Of a stretch of 64,000 bases of DNA, positions 48,409 through 59,049 are shown in pieces. The stretch's first letter is position 1. Each line of letters starts with the position of its first letter. Below the pieces are notes generated by a model. It saw nothing but the letters and a program-made list of their open reading frames with translations. It made no database searches and had not been told where the DNA came from. Origin of the DNA: Mobula birostris (lineage: Eukaryota); NCBI RefSeq assembly GCF_030028105.1, contig NC_092371.1, positions 13,723,884 to 13,787,883 of the forward strand. The letters run 5' to 3'. A program made the translations under genes and the position numbers.

Positions 48409-48929
48409 CGGATATCCCACCTCTCCCGGAAGTTCCGGGGGTCTCCTGCATATTGATAGTGGCTCCCTGATGCCCGCAAATTATATAAAATATCCCAGAA
48501 ATCAATTTTTTTTGAAAGTGAGAGAGACAGCAAGTGAGAGAGCGAGAGAGAGAGAGAGAGAGCACGCGCGCATGCCATGGCAGAGTGTTCCAAAAAAAGA
48601 AAATATAAAACGTACGTCACCCCAGACTACACTAAAGTGTACCCCTGCCTAATAGGGGTCAAAAATAATGACAGTGTTGCTCGCTGCACTGTTTGCAACA
48701 GTGACTTTTCTATTGCCCATGGTGGGTTAAGACTGTAAAAGACATGTTGAGGTGAGTTTAATAGGTGTCATTCGTTCATTAACATAGCTAACGTTATTTA
48801 AACTAGCTGGCTAGCTGCTAAGGAGCTACTCTATTGCAGACATCCCACCTCTCCCGGAAGTTCCGGGAGTCCCCCGCAAATTGATGGTGCTACCTCCCTG
48901 AAATGAGTTTTTGCAGGGTGGGATGTCTG
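48409..48929. mobile_element. Non-autonomous DNA transposon (hAT-like)
   Basis: TIRs C.GA.ATCCCACC / GGTGGGATGTCTG; flanking GTACTG duplication. Confidence 0.65.
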
Positions 48930-51244
48930 GTACTGTCAGGCAATAGGTAAGTCTGACTCCAGCTTGGTATGTGTGGGGGTACCTGAACAACTATGTCCAT
49001 TTTGTAAGGGAAATTGTGAATTAGTTGGTGGACTGTTTTAGTGACTAACTGAGTAAGCCCCGGGTGCTTTGAATAAAGAGTTTGTACTGATATGGTCTCT
49101 GAGTGACTTTACCCGGATTTGACTTCCACCCCATCATCAAGCACCCCCACCACCCAGGCCATGCTCTCTTCTCACTGCTACCATTGGGCAGGAGGTGCTG
49201 ATCCCTTGGGTCCCATGCCACCAGGTTCAGGAGCAGTTATTACTCCTCAACCATCAGACTCCTGAACCAGTGTCGACAATCACTCACCTCAACTCTGAAC
49301 TGATCCCACAACCTTGACTCACTTTCAAGGATTCTATAACTCGTATTCTCAGCATTATTTATATCTTTTATTTGCAAAATTTGTCTTTTGCACATTGGTT
49401 GTTTGTCAGTCTTTGCTAATGAATAGTTTTTCATATTTCTTTATTTTCCTGTAAATGCCTGTCAGAAGATGAATCTCGAGGCTGTGTGTAGTACTTTGAT
49501 AATAAATTTACTTTGACTTTTGACCGTTGATTCTGGCCGTTATCTGTAAGGAGTGTGTATGTTCTCCCTGTGACCGTGTGAGTTTCCTCCAGATGCTCCG
49601 GTTTCCTCCCACAGTCCAAAGACACACGGGTCAGGGTTGTGACTTGTGGCCAAGTTATGTTGGTGCTGGAAGCCTGGTGACACTTGCGGGCTGCCCCCAG
49701 CACAATCCTCGCTGATCTGATTTGATGCAAGTGACACATTTCACTGTCTGCTTCAATGCAAATATGATAGATTAAGCTGATCCATCCCTCTTTAAAAACC
49801 ACTCTGTGTGTAGTGAAACACGGTAGCATGGCGGTGTACTACAGGAGACCCGGCTTCATTTCCTGCCACTGCCTGTAAAGAGTTTGCACGTTCTCCCCGT
49901 GACTACGTGGGTTTCCTCCGGGTGCTCCGGTTTCCTCCCACACTCCAAAGATGTACCAGGTGTACAGTTGGTCACTGTAAATTGTCCCGTGATTAGGCTG
50001 GGGTTACAGTGTGGCTCAAAGGGCTGGGAGGGTCTGTTCCATATTGTATCTGATAATAAATAATATTATGTAAACTACTGCACTACTTTAAGCTCACCAC
50101 TCCACTCCCCATAAATCCGTACCCTCTCATTTCTGTCCTGTGAAAGCGGTTTTGACTGTCAATGCCTTTCATGATTTTCTAAACTATCAGGTCTCCCTTC
50201 AGCCAAAGGCAACATCCAAAGTGCCCAATCTCTCCTTACAGCTCATACCCGCTAATCCAGGCACCATACTGGTCACCACCCTGTTACATTGTCAAGCTGG
50301 GGAGGGTGCAGAGGAGATCTACGAGGATGCTGCCCTGACTGGAGGGTCTGAGTTATAGGGAGCAGTTCTTTATTCTCCAAATGTCCACGTGCCGCTCATC
50401 ACTCTGATAACAGTGGGAGAGAAGTTGTCCTGGAATCTGCTGGTCATGCCACACCGGATCTTCCTTCCCTTGTGCACAGGAGAATGAGGGGTGATGTCAC
50501 AGAGTTTTATACGTTCATGAGGAGTTATGGATAAGGAGGATGGTCGGAGTCTTTTCTCCAGGGTCGGGGAGTTCAAAACAATATATAAGATGAGAAAGAT
50601 TTCAAAGAGCCCTGAGAGGTAAATTCTTTACACCAGAGCTGTCAGGAGAAGTGGTCAAGGTGGGTATAATTACAACATTTAAGAGGCATTCAGACAGGTA
50701 CATGGAGGGGGAGGGGCTTGCAGGTTTATGGGCCAAACACAGGCAACAGGGATGAGCAGGGAGAACTATTTCTGTGCTGTATTGGCCTCTGACACAAGAA
50801 TCTCTTCTGCGCTCTTTCCACATCCTTCCTGTGATGGGGAGATCAGAACTGCGCACAATACTCCCAAGTGCAGCAATATTCTATGGCATCAGGGCCTCCT
50901 GACTCTTGTACCCACAGTCCCACCTTCCATGTCCAATCTAGTCACGTTGCCACTTTCAGGGGCCGCGGCCCTGGACCCCAAGGTTTGTCCGTACCTGTCC
51001 GCTCCCGCGTGTCTGCTGCCTTTGCGAGATTGGGCTGCGCTCTCAGAGTGGGGTGGGGTGAGCAACTCCCGCACAACCTGGGGTAACCGTAGGCGGAAGG
51101 TGAGCTGATCAGCTGCCAGTTCTCTGTCTGACGTGGAGCAATGGAGTTGGCGATAGATTTGTATCCCATTGACTGGCCTGACGTTCTCCTCCCAGTGTTT
51201 GAACTGCAGGTTCTGCAGTGGGCTTGGCTGGATTTGGAGGGGCT

Positions 51245-52440
51245 TCCTCTCTACACCCATGACTGTGTGGCTAGGCACCGCTCAAGCACCGATTATAAAT
51301 TTGCCAGTGACACGACGATTGTCGGCAGAAATTCAGATGGTGATGAAGATGTGTATAGGAGCAAGATAGCTCGGCTGCTTGAGCAGTGTTACAGCAACTC
51401 ATTGTCAGTGAGACCAAGGAATTGCTTGTGGACTTCACAAAGGGGGAAGTCGAGGGAACAGACACCAGTCCTTGTTGAAGGATCAGCAGTGGAAAGGGGG
51501 AGCAGCTTCAAGCTTCTGGGTGTCAACGTCTTTGAAGATCTATTGTGGGCCCAACATACTGATGCAATTACGAAGAAAGCTCACCGGTGGTTATTTATCA
51601 TTTGGAGTTTGAGGAGGTATGTCACTAAAGACTCTAGGAAATGTCTGTAGATGTACCATGGAGAGCATTCTAACTGGTCGCGTCACTGGTTTGCAGCGCT
51701 TGGAGCTCATGGCAGGGATGGTTTCTCCCTTCTACCGTCTGCGTGAGATGATGGGGCTATCGGAACTTGAGACTGTTTTTTTAACTGTGCCCATGGTCTG
51801 CTCTTTATCGAATTATGGTATTGCTTTGCACTGTTGTAACTATATGTTATAATTACGTGGTTTTGTCAGTTTTAGTCTTGGTTTGTCCTGTGTTTCTGTG
51901 ATATCTTTCTGAAGGAACATTGTATCATTTCTTAATGCATGCATTTCTAAATGACAATAAACGAGGACTGAGTGTCCTCATGATCTAATCTAATCTAATC
52001 TGGTATGGAGGGGCCATTGCACAGGATTGGAAGAATCTGCAGAAAGTTGTAAACTCGGCCAACTCCAACACAAGCTTGCCCAGCATCGAAGACATCTTCA
52101 AAGGGCAATGCCTCAAAAGGGTGGCATTGAAGACCCTCATCACCCAGGACGTGGCCTCTTCTCGTAGCTACCATCAAGGAGGAGGTACGGGAGTGTGAAG
52201 ATACACACGCAATGATTCAGGAACAGCTTCTTCCCCCTGCCATCAGATTTCTGAATGGACAACAAACCCATGAACACAGTCTCCCTATTTTGCACTATAA
52301 TTATTTATTTTTAATTTTATTGCACTATTATTTATTTTTAAAATGTATTCTTTTTGTAACTTTTTAAAATATCTTGCACTGTACTGGTACCACAAATTAA
52401 CAAGTTTCGTGACGTACGTCAGTGCTGATAAACTTGATTC
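51245..52440 (+). mobile_element. Rex1/Babar-type LINE fragment with nested insertion (51690-51998)
   Basis: YTHDCVA..YKFASDTTIVG, SFKLLGV motifs. Confidence 0.75.
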
Positions 52441-52456
52441 TGACTGTTTCTCACAG

Positions 52457-52723
52457 ATCACCTTCGAGTACAATCCCGGACGGAACGGTTCCATGCCGGC
52501 AGCCCCCAACGTGCTCCACATCCGGGCCCTGGGTCCCACCGACACCATCCACTACCTTTGGAGCTCACTCGGAGCCCCCACCTTCCTGCAGGTCTACAGC
52601 AGAAGCCCCAACAGCACCCTGCACATCGACTGGAGCCGGCTGCAGCTCCCAGACCCCGCCAACGCCATCCGCATCGAGCCCGCTGAGGCCGTGGTCTACT
52701 CCACTGCTGTCATCTTCTCCCGG
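52457..52723 (+). CDS. GLMP: GLMP (NCU-G1/C1orf85) exon 2, ITFEYNPG...LHIRALGPTDTIHYLWSSLGAP...STAVIFSR
   Basis: Matches LLHIRAVG..STLHYVWSSLG; CACAG/GTGAGT; 267 nt. Confidence 0.93.
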
Positions 52724-53678
52724 GTGAGTGGCAGGAGGCGGCTGGAGACCCTTGACCCTGCTCGGGATTTCGATCAAATGAGGGAGCTCTCTGTTAATGT
52801 GACCCTTTCACCAACGGGACGTCCCAGCGTCTGTAGACCGTAGAAGATAGAACATTACACCACAGTTCAGGCCATGTGGCCCATGAAGTTGTACCTGTTC
52901 TAGGATCACTCTAACCCTTCCCTCCCACAGAGCCCTCCAGTTTTCTATCATCCATGTTCCTATCTTAAGAGTTTCTTAAATGCTCCTAATGTATCTGCCT
53001 TTACCACCACCCTGGCAAGGTGTTTTATCAATTGCCTCTGACATTCCTCCCTATTGTTCCCTCCAGACATTTCTAAAACAGTGCTCCTTTGTATTAGGCA
53101 TTTCTGCTCTGCGGGGAAGATTCACAGATGAGCAGGCGTGAGAGGGGAACCAGACTGTGGAATGGAAATTGAGAGAAGCGGGAGGTGGGGGAGAAATGAT
53201 CGGAAGCTGGGCAAATCGATGTTGCCACCATCGGGTTGGGCGCTACCTTGACAGAGTACGAGAGGTGGTGCTCCTACAGTCTAAGTTTGGCCTCATCGTG
53301 GCCGTAGAGAATTCCATGTGAGAATGGGAATGGGAAGTAGGATTGAAATGGGTGGCCACTGGGAAATCTTGCCTTTGGCAGCAGCCAGAGTGTAGGTTCT
53401 CGAGGAAACAGTCAGAGTCCCCCTCCCCCAGTCTGCGTAGGGTCTCACTGATGTGGAAGCGGTGAGGGGGGGTTCTGCCTTCTGACCCCCTGCTCCCTGG
53501 ATCTGGCTGAGGGCTCAGGAGCCCAGACTGTCCTGCATCGGCCAGAGAGGTGGGGTTTGGTGTGGGGGGGTGGGAGAGGACCCTCCTGGGGAGCGGGCCT
53601 GCGCTGCGCACGAGATTTCGGGAAGGGGTTGCGCGACGGATGGAATCGGCCGCGGTGAAACCTTCCTCTGTCCACCAG

Positions 53679-53876
53679 CTCCTGGAGTACGAGGACGTGA
53701 ACGACACTGCCGATCTGTCCCAGGCACCGGCCGACAAAATCTACCCCCCCTACCAGCTGGAGGACTTCACCTGGGAGGACGCCAACGCCACGCTGAACCA
53801 GACTGCGCTGACTGCGCAGCTCCAGGGCCGCAACGCATCTGGGACTCCCTTCGCCAACGGCAGCATCATCTTCCGG
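53679..53876 (+). CDS. GLMP: GLMP exon 3, LLEYEDVNDTA...YPPYQLEDFTW...FANGSIIFR
   Basis: Matches YPPYSLADFSW...FANGSLAFR; CCAG/GTAGGT; 198 nt. Confidence 0.93.
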
Positions 53877-54029
53877 GTAGGTGGGCTGGCGTCCCGCAGG
53901 GGTGTGGAGGGTGGGGTCAATCCCTGTGACATCGGAGGGGTGGGGGGAGTCTGGTACCCTTCCCCTTCTCTCTCTCCATAACCCCTCCCCTTCTCTTGCA
54001 CTACCTCCCCACCACTTCCCTTTGAACCC

Positions 54030-54920
54030 AGGAGTGTGACTGGACTACCTGACAGGCAGTTTGTGCGGCTTCAGAGCTGCGTGTCAGACATGCCTGCAAG
54101 CGGCAGCGGGATCTCACGGGGGACTGCAATGGCTCCCTTCCTGTTGAACCTGAATACCTCAGACTTTAGACACAACACTGAGTCATGTCATCTGCAGAAA
54201 CTCGCTGGTGACTTAACAATAGTTGCACTTGGTGGTGCAGTAATATCAGCGCCGGACTCCGGAGCGAAGGTTCCCGAGTTCGAATCTGAGCCGGGTTGAG
54301 CATTGAGCTAGCAGCTCGGCCTCGTAAAGACAAGAATAGCTTGCTACAGAAACACTGTCAACAAAGACATTGCCCCGATAACTCCACTGCCGAGTTAAGG
54401 GCTATTCTTCTTCTTCTTCTTCTTCTTCTTAACAATAGTTGGGTGTATAAAGAGAGGATGGGAGGGTGAAGGACTTTGTTAAATGGTGCAAGCTGAATCA
54501 TCTGCAGTAAGACAAAGGAGACGGTGATGGACTTTAGGAAGACTAAGCCTCCACTGCTCCCTGTTACTATTGATGGTGAGGGCGTGGATGTGGTGAGGAC
54601 CTACAAGTACCCGGGGTGCACCTGGATGACAGACTTGAGTGGAGCACCAACACAGAGGTTGTGTACAAGAAGGGTCAGAGTTGCCTCTACTCCCTGAGGA
54701 GACTGAGGTCCTTTGGAATATGCAGACCTCTCCTTCATGTGTTCTACCAGTCTGTTGCTAGTACAATTGTCTATGTGGTGGTGTGCTGGGGCAATGGGTG
54801 ATGCCAAGAGGCTCATTAAACTGATTAGAAAGGCTGGCTCTGTTATAGGTGTCAAACTGAAGTCAAACAAAGGGCCATCTGGAAAATCCTGGCAATTCTG
54901 GACAATGTTTCTCACCCCCT
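54030..54920 (+). mobile_element. Rex1/L2-type LINE fragment, host of the SINE
   Basis: HLDDRLEWSTNTEVVYKKGQS, FYQSVAS motifs. Confidence 0.75.
54226..54427 (+). mobile_element. tRNA-derived SINE with (CTT)n tail and 14-bp TSD
   Basis: A-box-like GGTGGTGCAGT, B-box GAGTTCGAATC, TSD CTTAACAATAGTTG (54212-25, 54428-41). Confidence 0.85.
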
Positions 54921-54944
54921 AAAGTATCTCTAAAATATCGATCT

Positions 54945-55240
54945 AGAGGGAACTTCACTTTACGCCTGACTCAAGAGTGTGTGATGAGTTGGTGCAGAGG
55001 GAATTTCACACTGTGTCCAACCCCAAGTGTGTGTGATGGGATGCTGTGAAGGTAACTTCACTCTGTCTGACTCTGGGAGTGTGTGGTAGAATGGTGTTGA
55101 GAGAGTTTCACTCCGTGCCTGATGGGACGATGTAGTGGGAGCTTCACTCTGTGTCTGATCCGGGGAGTGTGTGATGGGACGGTGTAGAGGGAGCTTCACT
55201 CTGCGTCTGACCCCGGGAATGTGTGATGGGATTGTGTGAG
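54945..55240. repeat. ~52-bp minisatellite (GAGGGAGCTTCACTCTGTGTCTGACCCCGGGAGTGTGTGATGGGACGGTGTA), ~6 copies
   Basis: Tandem degenerate units; a related unit at ~6645-6725. Confidence 0.85.
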
Positions 55241-55291
55241 GATGCTAATTGCTCCATGTTCTGCTTCCAGCTGACCATTGTTTCTCATCAG

Positions 55292-55510
55292 ATTACAGCA
55301 TTTGAGGGTTCTGGCCGTGATGCTGACCTCCCTCGTCTCTTCCACACGGCCAACACCTCGAAGCTGGAGTTCGTCATCGAGGGGCTGCGGCCACGAGGCA
55401 ACAAGTCACGGTTTGGCCTGGAGCTGATGGTGCTGGAGGAGGAAGGGACCCAGTGGTCAATGAAGGTCAGCAGAACCATCGATGATGAATACACGCCCAG
55501 CATTTTCAAG
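55292..55510 (+). CDS. GLMP: GLMP exon 4, ITAFEGSGRDADLPRLFHTAN...PRGNKSRFGLE...IDDEYTPSIFK
   Basis: Matches PRLLHTAD, PRGNRSLFGLE, SIDDEYAPAVF; CATCAG/GTACGC. Confidence 0.93.
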
Positions 55511-56186
55511 GTACGCACGGGGCAGCTCCATCCCCAGGGACGTGTCCAGGGTCGGGTAGTGGACAGTACCTTATTCCTCCTTTCTCCCTCAGTGTTGTTG
55601 AACTTCTATCAGCCCAGTGTATAAACTTCATTTTCAGACCTTGAATCCTACATAAAGGTACAATAACGAGGGATTGTTACCATGGGTGACGTCAACTTCC
55701 CTACAGTAGACTGGGGTCTTTTTAGAAACATAGAAAACCTTACAGCACAATACAGGCCCTTCGTCCACAATGCTGTGCCGAACATGTCCCTACCTGAGAC
55801 ACGTAGCCTTTTATTTTTTTAAGCTCCATGTACCTATCCAGGAGTCTCTTAAAAGACCCTATCATATCTGCCTCCACCACCATCGCCAACAGCCCATTCC
55901 ACACACTCACCTCTCTCTGTGTAAAAAACTTGCCCCTGACATCTCCTCTGTACCTACTCCCGAGCACCTTAAAACTGTGCCTCTCATGTCAGCGATTTCA
56001 GCCCTGGGGAAAGCAAGGATGTTATGCTGAGGCTGTATAAAGAACTGGTGAGGCCTCACTTGGCGTGTTGTGAGCAGTTTTGAGCCCATTATCTTAGAAA
56101 GGCCGTTGGAGAGGGTTTGAGGAGCTTCACGGAAATGATTCTGGGATTGAAAGGCTCGTCATACGAGGAGCGTTTGATGGCTCTGG

Positions 56187-57367
56187 GAGTTGCACCTCCC
56201 TCCGCAACCGGATCCTAGACTTCCTGACTGGGAGACCTCAGTCAGTCCGGATCGGGAGCAGCATCTCCAACACCATCACACTGAGCACGGGGGCCCCCCA
56301 GGGCTGTGCTCAGTCCACTGCTGTTCACTCTGCTGACCCACGACTGTGCTGCAACACACAGCTCAAACCACATCATCAAGTTCGCCGATGACACGACCGT
56401 GGTGGGTCTCATCATACAGAGAGGAGGTGCAGCAGCTAACAGACTGGTGCAGAGCCAACAACCTGTCTCTGAATGTGAACAAAACAAAAGAGACGGTTGT
56501 TGACTTCAGGAGGACACGGAGCAACCACTCTCCACTGAACATTGATGGCTCTTCCATTGAGATCGTAAAGAGCACCAAATTTCTTAGTGTTCACCTGGTG
56601 GAGAATCTCACCTGGTCCCTCAACACCAACTCCATAGCCAAGAAAGCCCAGCAGCATCTCTACTTTCTGCGAAGGCTGAGAAAAGTCCATCTCCCACTCC
56701 CCCCATCCTCACCACATTCTACAGAGGTTGTATTGAGAGCATCCTGAGCAGCTGCATCACGGCCTGGTTCGGAAATTGCACCATCTTGGATCGCAAGACC
56801 CTGCAGCGGATAGTGAGGTCAGCTGAGAAGATCATCGGAGTCTCTCTTCCCGCCATCACAGACATTTACACCACATGCTACACCCCTAGAGCAAACAGCA
56901 TTGTGAAGGATCCCACGCACCCCTCATACAAACTCTTCTCCCTCCTGCCATCTGGCAAAAGGCACCAAAGCATTCGGGCTCTCACAATCAGACTATCTAA
57001 CCGTTTCTTCCCCCAAGCCATTAGACTCCTCAATACCCAGAGACTAGGCTGACATGTACATCATTTATTATTATATTGTAACCTGTCCTTTACTGTTCCT
57101 ATTGTCTTGTTTATAATTTATTGTACTGCCCTGCACTGTTTTGTGCACTTTATGTAGTCCTGTGCAGGTCTGTAGTCTAGTGTAGTTTTTGTGTTGTTTT
57201 ACGTAGTCTACTGTAGCCTTGTGTTGTCTCACATAGTCTAGTGTAGTTTTGTGTTGTTTCATGTAGCACCATGGTCCTGGAGGAACACTGTTTCGTTTTT
57301 ACTGTGTACAGGACCAGCAGCTTATGGTCAAAATGACAATAAAAAGCCAAATGACTTGACTTGACTT
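56187..57367 (+). mobile_element. Rex1/Babar-type LINE 3' part with ~30-bp tandem repeats and (TGACT)n tail
   Basis: [39 protein letters not shown]. Confidence 0.85.
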
Positions 57368-57775
57368 GAAAGGCTTGTCATATGAGTAGCGTTGATTCTG
57401 GGATTGAAAGGCTTGTCACACGAGGAGTGTTTGATGCAGGAGTGTTTTTATTCATTTAAAGATACAGCGTGGGATAGGCCCTTCTGCCCCTTTGAGCTGC
57501 ACTGCCCAGATTTAACTCCAGCCCAATCACAGGACAATTTATAATGACCAATGAATCTACTAGCCGATGTGTCTTTGGACTGTGGGAGGAAACCGGAGCA
57601 TCTGGAGGAAACCCACACGGGGAGGAGCATGCAGTCTTGCTTACAGACGAACCTGTAATTGAACTCTGAGCTGTGATGGCGGTCGTGCTAACCACTACCT
57701 GCACTACCACGGCCATTTCAACGGGGCAACATTTGTTAGGTGCTTCAAGGAGTGTTTCCAAATCAATGTATAGAT

Positions 57776-58551
57776 CAACGGTCCCCAACCACCAAGCCGC
57801 GGACCGGTACTGGGCCGCAAAGCATGTGCTACCAGGCTGTGAGGAAATGATATGAGTCAGCTGCATCTTTCCTCATTCCCTGTCACGCACTGTTGAACTT
57901 GAACATAAGGTTGCCAACTGTCCCGTATTTGCCGGGACATCCCGTATATTGGGCTAAAATGGTTTGTCCCATACGGGATGGCCCTTGTCCCGTATTTCCC
58001 CCGCTAAGGTAGAGCGTTCCTATGAAACCTTTCGTGCCGAGATGGCGTAAAGCGAAGAAGCAATTACCATTAATTTATATGGGAAAAATTTTTGAGCGTT
58101 CCCAGACCCAAAAAATAACCTACCAAATCATACCAAATAACACATAAAACCAAAAATAACACTAACATATAGTAAAAGCAGGAATGATATGATAAATACA
58201 CAGCCTATATAAAGTAGAAATAATGTATGTACAGTGTAGTTGGGAAGATGAAGGCAAAACTGATTTGTGGGGAAAAAATCGGCACGTACGCGCATGCGCA
58301 CACAGGTGCCCGCGCAAGGCTTCATGGTCATGGTAGTCTTTCCTGGGGTAAAGTGTCCCGGGATTTGACTGCTACTTTTGTCCCTTATTTGGGAGTGAGA
58401 AAGTTGGCAACCCTAACTGTAAAAGACATGTTGAGGTGAGTTTAACCCTACTTGAACACCCCCCCCCCCCCCGCCGCCCCCGTCGGCCGGTCCGCAGGAA
58501 TATTGTCAATATTAAACCAGTCCGCGGTGCAAAAGAGGTTGGGGACCCCTG
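57776..58551 (+). mobile_element. hAT-Charlie non-autonomous element with internal second hAT-like element (57906-58415)
   Basis: 8-bp TSD GTATAGAT (57768-75, 58552-59); inner TIRs TA.GGTTGCCAAC / GTTGGCAACCCTA. Confidence 0.85.
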
Positions 58552-59049
58552 GTATAGATTATTCACTCAGTGGCTTCTTTATCAGGTACAGGAATGAAAC
58601 CTGATGTGGTCTTCTGCTGCTGTAGCCTGTCTACTTCAAGGTTTGACGTGTTGTGCATTCAGACACGCTCCTCTGCACACCACCGTTGTAACACGTGGCT
58701 ATTTGAGTTACTGTCGCCTTCCTGTCAGCTTGAACCAGTCTGGCCATTCTCCTTTGTCCTCTCACAAGGTGTTTTCATCCACAGAACTGCCCCTCACTGG
58801 ATGATTTTTTCTGTTTTCACTGCATCCTCTGTAAACGCTACAGACTGTTGTGTGTGAAAATCCCAGGAGATCAGCAGTTTCTGAGATACTCAAACCACCC
58901 CGTCTGGCACCAACTACCATTCCATGGTCAAAGTCACTTGCCATTTCTGATGTTTGGTCAGGACAACAACTGAATCTCTTGACCATGTCTGCATGCTTGT
59001 ATACATTTCATCACAGCTGATGTGTTTTCCCTCTGATCTGCTCATAACC

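Noticed and set aside
54226-54295. Functional tRNA gene
   Set aside because: No complete acceptor stem; continues into a SINE body with tail and TSD
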